From Blastocladiella emersonii ATCC 22665 (taxonomy: Eukaryota > Fungi > Blastocladiomycota): a stretch of 64,000 bases of DNA. The stretch covers positions 620,001 to 684,000 of the forward strand of contig JANHCV010000015.1 in assembly GCA_025594325.1 (NCBI GenBank). The letters run 5' to 3'. Made by a program: the position numbers and the translations under genes. Shown piece by piece: positions 46,497-56,864 of the stretch. Numbering within the stretch: the first letter of the stretch is position 1; the number at the start of each line of letters is the position of its first letter. The notes beneath the pieces were generated by a model, which saw only the letters and a list, made by a program, of their open reading frames with translations, was not told where the DNA came from and ran no database searches.

Positions 46497-46654
46497 ACAG
46501 TTGTCTCGGGAATCGAGTGGGCTCGACACCGCCAGCGCCGTGTTCCCCCCACGGCACACTTCAATTCATCATATAGTTGTCAACGCCCTGATAAACGCGT
46601 CTCGGACCTGCGCCGGAATCGTGAGACAATGTCTCGCGCCAAGCACGTGGTTTG

Positions 46655-46677
46655 CACATGATTGATCGACGCGTCTC
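46655..46677 (-). promoter_or_regulatory. Exact 23-nt inverted copy of the 12098-12120 motif in a convergent intergenic region
   Basis: CACATGATTGATCGACGCGTCTC is the reverse complement of GAGACGCGTCGATCAATCATGTG. Confidence 0.45.
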
Positions 46678-47235
46678 CTTCACAAGGCAACCGACGCCTG
46701 CCCGTATTGACCATCGCATCCTGACTCCGGGCTGCAACGCGTGCTTCATTGAGACTCGCATCCGTTTCTTCACCGCGGCCAGAGCTGCACTTGGCGTTCG
46801 TCACGCGTCGTTCATGCGGTGGTGATCGTGGCGATCATCCACCTGATCGCGTGTTCCTTCCCGCTTTCCGCCTCGCCGCCCGCCGCGCCCCCGCGGCGGC
46901 GCTCCCCGCTTCTGTTATCCATTCTCCCTCACCCAGCCCTGGTTTGGGGCCGAGGCAGGAACACGCGTCCCTGAATAGCTGTATCGTGGTCTCGCGTCCT
47001 CCTTCGCCGCTCAATAGCGTTGTGTTAGCCATGGCCGTCGCTGTGGCCATCGCGACCAGACCATAATCAAATAGACCTCGCACGACTTTGGAGCGCGAGC
47101 GCGAGTCGAGCACCAAACACAAATCAGGACGGGGCAACCGAGCCGCTCTGAGCCAACTGAACGCGAACCGCGAGCCGTCGTAACATACACACAAACGTCT
47201 TTCTATACTCTTCACCCCACCCTGTACCCGCCCGT

Positions 47236-49701
47236 CTACTCCTCCCTATCCTCCGCCCTTGGCGGCGGCACCCACATCGCCTCGAACCTCCCACCATCCT
47301 GGACCGCCGGGTGGTTGAGCAGCCGCGCGGCGGTGATCCGCGCCGTCGGGTCCCACGCGAGACACGCCGAGATGGCGTCGAGGACCTGGAGGTCGAGCTC
47401 GGACACGAGGCACAGCTGCGACAGGAGCGGGTGGTGGTTCGGGTGCATCGGGAACCGCGGCGGCGCCTGCGCTTCGGGTGGTGGTGTTGGCGGGAGCGGC
47501 GGGAGCTCGTCCTCGTCAGGTTTACTTGACGGGGACTCGGTGATGATGGACCGCGGGACCGACTCGCCCATATCCCAGTTGAAGAACTGCGACGCGAGAT
47601 CGCCATCCTCGCCAGTGCCGCCGAGCTCGGTCGCGGGCGGCGTCCACCCGTCGAGCGACGGGATCGACACGTCGAGCGTGCTCCCGCCCAGCGTGCTGGC
47701 GCCGCCGACGCTGCGCGTGGACGGCGAGATGGACCGGAGCGAGCTGGGCGTCGCGTGGGCGAGGGTCGAGGACGACGTGCCGCTGCGGCCGCGCGCCGGG
47801 GTGTCGTCGGCGGTGGTGGTGGTGGCGCGGGACCGCCGACGACTGCTGCGCACGCGGCTCAGGAGCTTCTCGACCTTGGACGGCGAGCGTTTCGCGGTCG
47901 GGACGTTGAGCGCTGCGTACTGGCCCTACATGTTCGGGAGCGAGTGTGAGGAGCGAATTCAAGTGATGCAAGCAGCGGTAGCAGCGCGTACCAGGAGGAA
48001 GTAGAGCGACCAGACGTTATCGACCTCGGCGAACGGCTGGCGGCCGAGGACGGCCTCGTACATGACGGCGCCGAGCGACCAGACGTCCTGCGAGCCCGTG
48101 ACCTCGGTCTTTTGCGCGCCGAGGACGACCTCGGGGGCCATGTAGGCGGGGGTGCCGGCCATCTGTGAGTCGTGTACCTTCTTGCAGCACAGGCCGTGCA
48201 GCTTGGCCGATGAGAAGTCGGCGATCTTGAGGGCGCCGTTTTTGATCATGATGTTGCTGGGTTTCTACGCGGGAACGACAGGTGTCAATCGCGGGTGTAA
48301 TCAGTGTGAGCGGGAAAAGCGTACCAGGTCGCGGTGCACGACGCCATGCTTGTGCAAGAACTGCAGCCCGAGGGCGAGCTGGTACATCCACGCCGAGAGC
48401 CGCCACGTCTCTCTTACGGGCCCGTGGTCCTTGAGCCAGTCAGACAGCGTGCCCATATCGCAGAACTCCATGAACAGGAAGCAGTCCTCGTCGACGACGT
48501 GCGACCCGAAATACGAGATGACGTGTGGGTGCTCGATGAGCGAGAGCGCGGCGACGAGCTGCTCAAAGTTGCGGTGGTTGAGGTTCGGATTGGCCGAGGG
48601 GAGGTGCAGGTGCTTGACGGCGACCGAGATGGCCGGCGCCCCGCCGGGCGGCAGCAGCTCGGCCTTGTACACCATGCCGACCACGCCCTTGCCGATCAGC
48701 TCGTCGAGGCGCCACCGGAGCGAGTTGCCGAGGTCCATTTCGTCCTCGTGGACCGACTCATCATCGCTGTCAATGTCGAGCGACGCAGAAGGTGACGCGG
48801 CGTCGCCTTCAAAGTCCCAGTCGAGCCCGTCGAGCCAGTCGGACGACTCCTCGACGGGACTGATGCGGTCGCGGAACGCGCCCGTCGCGCGCGGGAACAG
48901 CGTGCGGAGCCACGCCGCGGGGCCCGCCACTCCGCTGCCGCCGCCCGCCGCCTTGGCCGCAGGTTTCGGCGGGTTGGCCGACGCGAACGGCGCCGTGGAC
49001 ATCCACGGGTTGCTCGGCTCGTACGCGGACGGCGACGACGCCGATGCAGCAGCCGCCGCCGCAGCGTAGGCGGACGGGATCGGCGGGGTCGGCGGGGCCG
49101 ACGGATCGGTCGTGGTGGCCGCGGGAGGGCGCCACGACTTGCGGCGGCCGGGCGACAGCGAGCGGGCGCGTTCGAGCGGGATCGCGGCGGGCGAGGGCGG
49201 CGCGGGCGAGGGCGACCTGCGCGAAGACCGGCCGCCGCGCGTTGACGATGGCGACCGGTGTCGCAGCGACCCGTTGCGCGTCAGCCCGCTGGTCGCGGAC
49301 GACGAGGACGGGATCGGCCCGCGCGACGGGAACTCGTTGGGCGACGTGGCGGCAGGCACTGCCGCATCAGCCGCGACGGCCGAGGACGACGACTCCTGGC
49401 GGTAGATGAAGAGCGAGCGCAGGTCGGCGGCGTGCGGCAGCTTGCCGCGGAAGTGGAACCGCTTGGCGCGCTCGGTCGGGTGGTACATGAAGATGGACAG
49501 CTTGAGCGCCGACACGTGCAACAGCGCCTCCATCCGGCGCTGCCGCTGCGCGTCCGCGGCCGAGGGCGTTGCGGGCGGCGGCGCGAGGTGCGGCAGTTGT
49601 GGAGGGTCGGCCGCCTGCGACGTGGGCGGCGACGACGATGGCGGAGCGCCCGGCCCGCGCGGCGTGTAGCGGACCTTGTCGATCAGCACGCCGCCGGTCA
49701 T
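47236..49701 (-). CDS. STE11-family (Ssk2/Wis4/MEKK4-like) Ser/Thr kinase with atypical motifs; introns 48265-48324 and 47926-47991
   Basis: GKGVVGMVYKA, VAVK, HPHVISYFG, FMEFCDMG, HRDL|KPSN, DFS, GTPAYMAPE, DVWSLG, DNVWSLYF and CLAWDPTARITAARLLNHP. Confidence 0.85.
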
Positions 49702-50598
49702 GTCGGGGGAGTGCAGTGCGCGGTTTTCTAGTTCTATCAGAGCAAGAGAGCGGGTGGGCGTCGAGAAGGGGCGAGAGAAGGCGGCGGCGAACCGGCGGCG
49801 ACCCGGTGGCCCCACGCTGGCCGTTGAAAACGAAAAGCGGCGCAGAGGACCCGCCGCCACAGTTCAAGTCCGTCACCTGACCGCCTGCGCCACACCCCAA
49901 AAGGGCGCAACGCGTGCGCGCGCGGGTTGCAACGGAATCCCTGCCCATCGCGAAGCCCTGCACTCGGACGTAGCAAATGGATCGAACGGACTTGATGCAT
50001 ATTGCTCGTTGCATGGAGTGTCTGCTGCGCGTAAGGGTTGATGAAGTGGGCGGAGGAGAGCGGTGCCCGCCGTCGCGCTTCGGTTCGCGCTCGCGCAAGC
50101 AGACTCGGTCGACCTCGACGTGTGATGCAAGGAAACCCCAAACTGTCGCTCTCTTGCACGCGCTAGGCAGTCAGCTCGGCGGCGCGCATGCGACTTGTCG
50201 GGACCTACGCCGCTCGTTGTCGCGGATGACAGCACTTCGCCGCCGTTGCTCGTCATCCAGCTTGACCCAACGCGCGCTTAGTCTTATCTTCACGGAACGA
50301 AATCTAGCGCGCGGAACGCGACGATGACGCGCTGATGCTCGCGATGGGATCGAGAAGCGTGCGCAAGCTCATGCACGGCTGAATGGCCGAACCGCCGCGG
50401 TCGCGTGCTTCGACGCCATCGCCTGCATCCTTCGGCAACTTTGCGCGTGCCGCTGCGACGTGTGACCGACGCGTCGCTTTCGACCCCGCCGACTCGCGTG
50501 CGACACCTGCGATCGGGCTATCCTGATACGTGCGCTTGACGCCATCCGCTCGTAAGCGCAAGTCGCGCCATTCCCCAACCGTGAGCGGCCGGCGATCG

Positions 50599-50605
50599 TA
50601 TAAAA
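50599..50605 (+). promoter_or_regulatory. TATA box (TATAAAA) upstream of the subtilisin gene
   Basis: Canonical TATAAAA ending about 74 bp before ATG 50679, in otherwise GC-rich DNA. Confidence 0.6.
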
Positions 50606-50678
50606 GCCGCGAGCGCCCCGCTCCTCCCGATGCCGTTCACCAAGCAGCCGCTAGACCTAGACCGACACCCTGCCCACC

Positions 50679-51950
50679 ATGAAGCTCCTCGCCGTCCTCG
50701 CCGCAACCGCCGCTCTCTTCTTCACCGCCGACCCGGCCACCGCCGCGCCCACCAACGGCGAGCGCGCCGCCGATCCGATCCCCAACAAGTACATTGTGAC
50801 GCTCAAGCCGGGCGCCGACGCCACGGCCTTCACGCGCGCCCTCAAGGCCGAGGTCGCTGCCGAGAACGCGCGCGAGTCTGGTTCCGGTTCCGCCGTTACC
50901 TCGGCCGTCGACCGCGAGTTCGCCATCGGCGCCAACTTCGTGGGCTACGCCGGCACCTTCACCCCGTCGCTCGCGCAGCGGCTCGCCGCGCACGCCAAGG
51001 TCGCCGCCGTCGAGCCCGACGCGCCCGTGTACGCCGCCGAGACCGAGTCCGAGACGTACGCGAACCCGCCGTCGTGGGGCCTCGCCCGCATCTCGCAGCG
51101 CGCCGCGCTCAACCTCACGGCGCCCGCCCTGTACTACGTCCCCGGCACCAACCTCGCCGGCGAGGGCGTGTCCGTCTACATTGCCGACACGGGCATCAAC
51201 ACGGACACCCCGCACTCGGACTTCCAGGGCCGCGCGTGGCTCGGGTTCAAGGCCGACCCGGCCTGGTCCGACAACGACGGTAACGGGCACGGCACGCACG
51301 TCGCGAGCACCATTGGCGGGCACATTTTCGGCGCGTCCAAACGTGTGAACTTAATCGCGGTGAAGGTGCTCGGCGACGACGGCAGCGGGACCAACGCGGG
51401 CGTGATTGCCGGGATCAACTACGTCGCCGCGCAGGCCAAGGCCGCGGGGCAGACCGTCATCCTGAACCTGTCGCTCGGCGGCGGCAAGTCGCTCGCTGTG
51501 AACGCCGCCATCGAGGCCCTGTACAAGGCGGGCGGCCTGCCCGTCGTCGCCGCGGGCAACTCGGGCGCCGACGCGTGCCGCTTCTCGCCCGCGTCCGCGC
51601 CCAGCGCCATCACCGTCGCCGCGTCGACCAAGTCCGACACGCTCGCGAGCTACTCCAACTACGGCGCCGGGTGCGTCGATATCATCGCGCCCGGGTCGGC
51701 GATCACGGGCGCGTGGAACGACGGCGGGAATAAGACGATCTCTGGCACGTCCATGGCTAGCCCGCACGTCGCGGCCGGCGCCGCGCTGTTCCTCGCCGAG
51801 GACTTTTCGCTCACGCCCGCCCAGATCACGGCTAAGCTGCTCGCGGCCGCGACCACGGGGAAGATTGCTAACGCCGAGGCTAAGGGGAACACGCCAAACA
51901 AGCTCCTGTACGTCGGCGAGGAGGCGTTCCCGCAGTGGCCCAAGGCTTGA
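50679..51950 (+). CDS. Secreted subtilisin-like serine protease (S8A, proteinase K type) with I9 propeptide
   Basis: Signal peptide, KYIVTLK propeptide, SWGLARIS, and the triad IADTGI / GHGTHVAS / SGTSMASPHVA. Confidence 0.96.
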   Translation: MKLLAVLAATAALFFTADPATAAPTNGERAADPIPNKYIVTLKPGADATAFTRALKAEVAAENARESGSGSAVTSAVDREFAIGANFVGYAGTFTPSLAQRLAAHAKVAAVEPDAPVYAAETESETYANPPSWGLARISQRAALNLTAPALYYVPGTNLAGEGVSVYIADTGINTDTPHSDFQGRAWLGFKADPAWSDNDGNGHGTHVASTIGGHIFGASKRVNLIAVKVLGDDGSGTNAGVIAGINYVAAQAKAAGQTVILNLSLGGGKSLAVNAAIEALYKAGGLPVVAAGNSGADACRFSPASAPSAITVAASTKSDTLASYSNYGAGCVDIIAPGSAITGAWNDGGNKTISGTSMASPHVAAGAALFLAEDFSLTPAQITAKLLAAATTGKIANAEAKGNTPNKLLYVGEEAFPQWPKA

Positions 51951-52060
51951 GGTCGCGGTCGCGGTCGCGATGGTGGCGAGAGTAGTACAAAACACTGTCA
52001 TGGTTTTGCTTCATAAAGAATGTTCGATTACAAATACGAGTCGAGTCACGGAGGGCAGGA

Positions 52061-55000
52061 TCGCTCAAGGCCGCGCAGACCTTCTCGTCGACTCGCTCAA
52101 TTGACAAGTTCACGCTGGTCGACCACTACATGGGCGGCTTCGTGTCGGCCTTCTACTCGCTCAAGTTCTCAGCAGTAGGCTGAGTTTCTGTGAAGCTTAA
52201 TTCGCGCTCAAGCTGGGCCATTTGGCACGCCTGACTTTTCTGCCACTCCCATCAACACGCGTCGCGACGCGTCTCGGTCGCGCTCAAATTATCTTCTCCT
52301 CACTTTTCTCTAAATACTCTGATACAATCTATCCTGTAACTCTATGCAACAAGGTTGGCACCATAGAAAACATCATCTAGCGGAGTCATGACCGATTTGA
52401 TCCACTTCTGTCTTTCGCCTTCTTCCCTACCCCCGTGTTCATCACAATCGTGAATTCACTTCTTTGACTGTTTTTTTTTGCTCAGATATCCTTCTCTTGA
52501 AGCGTTCTGTGTCCATTTTCTTCGCGTTACATGGAGCTCTGAAGGAATCCCAAGATCTGGTTTTCCGCTTCTTGGCTTCAACCCCGCAAACGTCATGTAC
52601 TACATCACCAACTACGTCGCCAAGGTGCCGCCGTACTCTTACAGCACGTACGCCCCCCTCGAGCGCGCCAAGAAGTTACGCTCCAGCTCTCTGTCAGCTC
52701 CATTCTGCGCGGCCTTGTCAACCGCTCGACCACGTCGCGCGAGATCAGCGGCCAGCAGATCGCGCTCGACCTAACCCGCAAGGGCGAGGAGACGTGTGTC
52801 TACACGACGTACAGCTTCGCCCACGTGTCGCTCTACCAGTTCCTGCGCATGGTCACGAACGCGGCGGGCTCAGACGCGGCGAGCAACACAACTGACGCGC
52901 AGCCCGTCGGCGAGGACGGCGCTGCGGCAGTCGACGATGAACGCGAGCTCGAGCAGGAGGACGACGAGAACGACGACGAGCGCATCACGTTCGAGAACCG
53001 CCCAATCACCGACAAAGTCACCATCAGCGACCACTACATGCACCGGCCCAGCGAGCTCAAGTCGATCTCGCTCTACGACTTTGTCTGGTGCTGTCGCGTG
53101 GAGCCCATCAAGCCCACGACGAACCGCTCGCAGTAGTCCGTGCCCGACGACAATGCCGACGACGGCAACGTGCCGCGCGCCAACCGCGGTCGCCACGCCG
53201 AGCCGCGGCACAAGTTCCGCGGCACGCATGCTTTATTTGGTAAGCTCATCGTCGCGATGCGCGCGACCAAGGTCGTTCCTGTGCCACTGTTCAAAAAGCA
53301 GGTCAGCCAGTCGTCCGATATCGGCAGCCTCGAGACGCATGCCATGATCTCCATGATCCTGTTCAAGCCGTTCCGCGCCATGAACGAGGTGATCCGGGCT
53401 CGCGGCGAGACGTGGTCGCAGACGCTCATCTCTTCAAGAACACGCTCGAGTAGGGCAGCGACCAGCTCCGGTGGATCAACAGCTTCCGCGACTACGTGAA
53501 CGCGTCGCCCGGCAAGCTGGTCGACGATTTGGAGGCCGACAACAGCGCGACGCCCAAGAAGGTCGACCTTTGACGTGCCGGCGGTACTGTAATGGGAAAC
53601 GATGACGAGGGTGACTGCGAGATCATGCCCGTTGGCATCGCCCAGGAGGCCCACAACAACGACGCGTTCCTGCACAAGATCATGTCAATCATGTTGAGAA
53701 GCGACCAGCACGTGGCCGAGCTCCTCACCTCGGCTGTAAACTACGGGCTGCTCTCAGACTTGAACGCGACAGTGCCCGTTCTGCCACTCGAACCTCGACA
53801 GCAGCTGCTCACGGTCGACTCGGAGCTGGCGTGGTTCGCGCAAATCGCCAACTACGCCGATCTGGCCAGGAAGGCCGACGAGGATGCCCGTCGGTTTGCT
53901 GCAGAACGCTCCGCAGAGCCACCTCACGCTCGACTCGTTCAAGCAGACAGTGGTGTCGCACCGCCAGCCGTCCGGGTGCAGCTCGCGCGACAGGAGCAAC
54001 TCGCTCCGTACCTTCAAGGGCTCAACGTCGAGGAGCGCCGCGTCGTCGAGCACGTCGAGTCGACGCTCAATGCCATCAAGCGTGGCAACGCTGATGTGCG
54101 GTATCGGTACCATCGTCTCGGCGACCAAGCTGATGAGCGACAAAGCCTAGGCCAAGCTCGAGGCCTCGATCTCCATGGTCGGCGCTGAGCTGTTCGCCGC
54201 AATGCATTTGCGCTTCGACGCGCTGTACCCGAGCCGCGACCATCGTCCGTTTGGCGGCCTGCACGTCCTCGCGTTTGGCGACTTTTCCCAGTTCGAGCCC
54301 GTCATGGCCCGCTCGCTCACGGTTCCATCTGAGCAGCCGGTCGAACGCGCACCCGAACCCGAGGTGGATGCAGCTCATGATGGCGACTCGATGCAGGTCG
54401 ACGGCGAGCCTCAGCAGCAGCAGCAGCAGAAGAAGCGCGCGTCCAAGCGCAAGGAGCGGCCAGCGGTCAGCAGAACTCGAACTGACGCCAACATTGGTCG
54501 CGATCAGTGGCTCGCCTTCGACTTGGTCTTCTTCCTCGTGCAGCATATTCGGCAGTCGGGCGACGCGAGCTTCCTCAACGTGCTCCAGGACCTGCGCAAC
54601 TGCATCGTCTCGCAGCGCGTGATCGAGTGCCTCGGCTCGCGGCGAGCAGACGTCGTACTGGGCCAGCACCCAGGCCAGCTCGACGACTGGAGCGACCAGG
54701 TCCTCATCACGGCGCAGAACTTGGTGCGCGACGCGTGGAACTCGATGGCCGCCGCGAAACACGCGCGTCGCCTCGGACTCCAACCTGACGAGATCTTTGA
54801 CCTCGAGTGCGTCGATCTCGTCCGCAAGCCCTCCACAACCGGACCACTCCTTTGGCGGCAGCTCGTCATCGAGAGCAGCGGTCAGAGCGAGAGCGACCAG
54901 CGCATGCTCAACTTCGTAAAACTGCTTCCCTCAACAAGACGGACCACATCCCGTCAACTTGACTTTGACGTTCAGTCATTTGCCAGCCAGCCCAGTCACC

Positions 55001-55710
55001 TACTGCTGAGACAGAGTGTGGAACGCACACACCCCTAGTACCCAGACCGCCTCGACAAGACGGTCCTGCTGTCGCCCATCGGCCTGCAGGGCTTCACTGC
55101 GAGCGGCGGGTTCCGAGGCGCGAGCCTCGGCCAGTGCCTGCAGACGGAGCTCCTGCACCGCGCGTGGAACATCACCCCGCAGCGGCTCCTGTCGCTCGCC
55201 GGCGAGACCCGCGCGCGCGCCGTCATGTCGCGCGTCCGGTCGCGCGTCGCCAACGTGTTCGGCACCAACTCGGTCCCGCCAGAGACCCTCGTCGAGTACC
55301 TCCTCGCTGGCGTCCAGCGGTCGCCCGGCCGGTCCGGCGAGGCTGCCTTCACCGCCCTCATGTCGCCGTTCCGCGGGTGGACGCTCCCGCTCGACGCGCA
55401 GCTGCGCGAGGCGATTGCGGGTGGCAAGTTCCCGCCGCTCGTCCTCGCGTACGGCGTCGCGGACTGGATCGACCCGCGCTACGCCGTGCACACCCTCGCT
55501 CCGGCGGTCCCGCACGGACGCGCGCACGCGTACCTCCTCGACGGCGCGGGGCACCACGGGTACGTCGAGGCCGCGCACGAGTTCCACCAGGTCGTCCTGC
55601 GCGGCGAGCTCGGGTCCAGCGGGTGCGCCGTCCGCGAGGCCAAGGACGACCCCAATAAGGTCGCGGTCATGGAGGCCGCGCGCAGCCCGTCGTTCATGTC
55701 CATTGCGTAA
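52061..55710 (+). pseudogene. ABHD4/5-Cld1/Ict1-like alpha/beta hydrolase, 5'-truncated and split by Helitron C (parts ~52061-52166 and 55040-55710)
   Basis: The empty-site join reads IDKFTLVDHYMGGFVSAFYSLKYPDRLDKTVLLSPIG, with the GHSMGG elbow mutated to DHYMGG. Later motifs SGEAAF, YGVADWID and AGHHGYVE. Confidence 0.82.
52167..55039 (+). mobile_element. Helitron2-type non-autonomous element copy C (2873 bp, both ends intact)
   Basis: 5' TCTCAGCAGTAGGC, subterminal CCTACTGCTGAGA (54999-55011) and end CCCCTAGT. Rep catalytic motif YYITNYVAK (52598-52624), REISGQQIAL and PIF1 fragments with internal deletions. Confidence 0.9.
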
Positions 55711-55793
55711 CCAATTGCTGTACAACCTATTCCCATAGCATATCTATCGCCATGAAATGGGTGCAGTCCGTCGTGGAGCGCGTCCGAAATAGC

Positions 55794-56050
55794 GTTCCAG
55801 AAGCCAAGACAGGTTGTGAGATGCGCCGTGTTTCACGCATATACGACGCGCATGTCACGCAGGCAGGTGCTGCGGTTACGATTGCGTAGTGGCGCAGCTA
55901 TCACACGGCTGCGGTCCGTCGCAAAGCGCGTCCGAGAACTTGTTCCAGAAGCCGAGACAGGTCGCCGGCGAGGTGCAACGTGTTTCACGCATGTGCCAGG
56001 CAGGCAGGCAAGTGCTGCAGTTACGACAGTGTAGTGGCGCAGCTTTCATG
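55794..56050 (+). repeat. Diverged tandem duplication with ~148-bp period upstream of the Trp-repeat gene
   Basis: GTTCCAGAAGCC(A/G)AGACAGG at 55794 and 55942. TGTTTCACGCAT and GTGCTGC.GTTACGA...GTAGTGGCGCAGCT repeat in the same order. Confidence 0.7.
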
Positions 56051-56262
56051 AGCCGAGCGTCGTGCGACTCTCGGCTGAGCCACACGCTCCTTGGACGCGC
56101 CGCGCTGCGCCACCATCGCGCCGTGGCTGGACCGCCCCGGTTCTGGAACTGCACCGTCGTCCGACGCAAAAGCCGCGCGACAGAGTGTCACCGCGATGGA
56201 CTCGTCATCGGTCGCTGCGGTCGGCACTTGCTCGGATCAGAGAGCGCGAGGGTCGCGCGAGA

Positions 56263-56270
56263 GTATAAAG
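56263..56270 (+). promoter_or_regulatory. TATA-like box GTATAAAG about 100 bp upstream of the 56367 start
   Basis: Shared with the paralogue's upstream region. Confidence 0.5.
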
Positions 56271-56366
56271 CTGACCGTGTCCCCGCGCTCCTTCGACTTG
56301 ACCAGCATCCCACAGCTCTCCAAGCGACTTCTCCCACTCCCTCCATCTACTAGACGCATCAACAAC

Positions 56367-56864
56367 ATGACTTTCGGCGCCAACTGCAACTCGGGCTACT
56401 ACAACGGCGGCAACTGGGGCAACGGTGGCCAGCACTACAACAACGGCGGCCACTACAACAACGGGCACAGCAGCAACTGGAGCTCCGAGTGGCGTTCCGA
56501 GTGGCACTCGGAGTGGTCGTCCGAGTGGAGCAGCAACTGGAGCTCCAACTGGGGCGGCAACGGCGGCCACGGCAACTGGGGCTACGGCCACGGCGGCCGC
56601 TGTCAGCGCGACGACGACGGCTCGTACCTGCAGTCGGCCGACAACGCCGGCGACGCGTTCCAGTCGGTCGGCGATGCCTTCCAGGCCTCCTCGGCTCAGC
56701 ACCAGCAGCACGCCGAGTCGTTCTCGGCCGCCGGCGCCTCACACAACAGCGTCGACGAGTTCTCGGCTGCCTCGAACGCCGACCACTCGTCCGTCTCGCA
56801 CGCTGCGGACGCGCACGCCCAGGCTGAGGCCGCCGCGTCGGTATCATCGTCAACAATCGCGTAA
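56367..56864 (+). CDS. Gly/Ser/Asn/His-rich low-complexity protein with WxS(E/N) repeats, paralogue 2 (165 aa)
   Basis: AACATG start with MTFG N-terminus, as in paralogue 1. Conserved GGRCQRDDDGSYLQS core and C-terminus. Confidence 0.75.
   Translation: MTFGANCNSGYYNGGNWGNGGQHYNNGGHYNNGHSSNWSSEWRSEWHSEWSSEWSSNWSSNWGGNGGHGNWGYGHGGRCQRDDDGSYLQSADNAGDAFQSVGDAFQASSAQHQQHAESFSAAGASHNSVDEFSAASNADHSSVSHAADAHAQAEAAASVSSSTIA

Noticed and set aside
4481-55039. Fanzor/TnpB or APE endonuclease cargo in the Helitrons
   Set aside because: Helitron2 elements can carry Fanzor and Helentrons carry an endonuclease. I found no RuvC/Zn-finger or APE motifs, and the helicase stop lies only about 145 bp from the 3' end. 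An autonomous copy elsewhere could differ.
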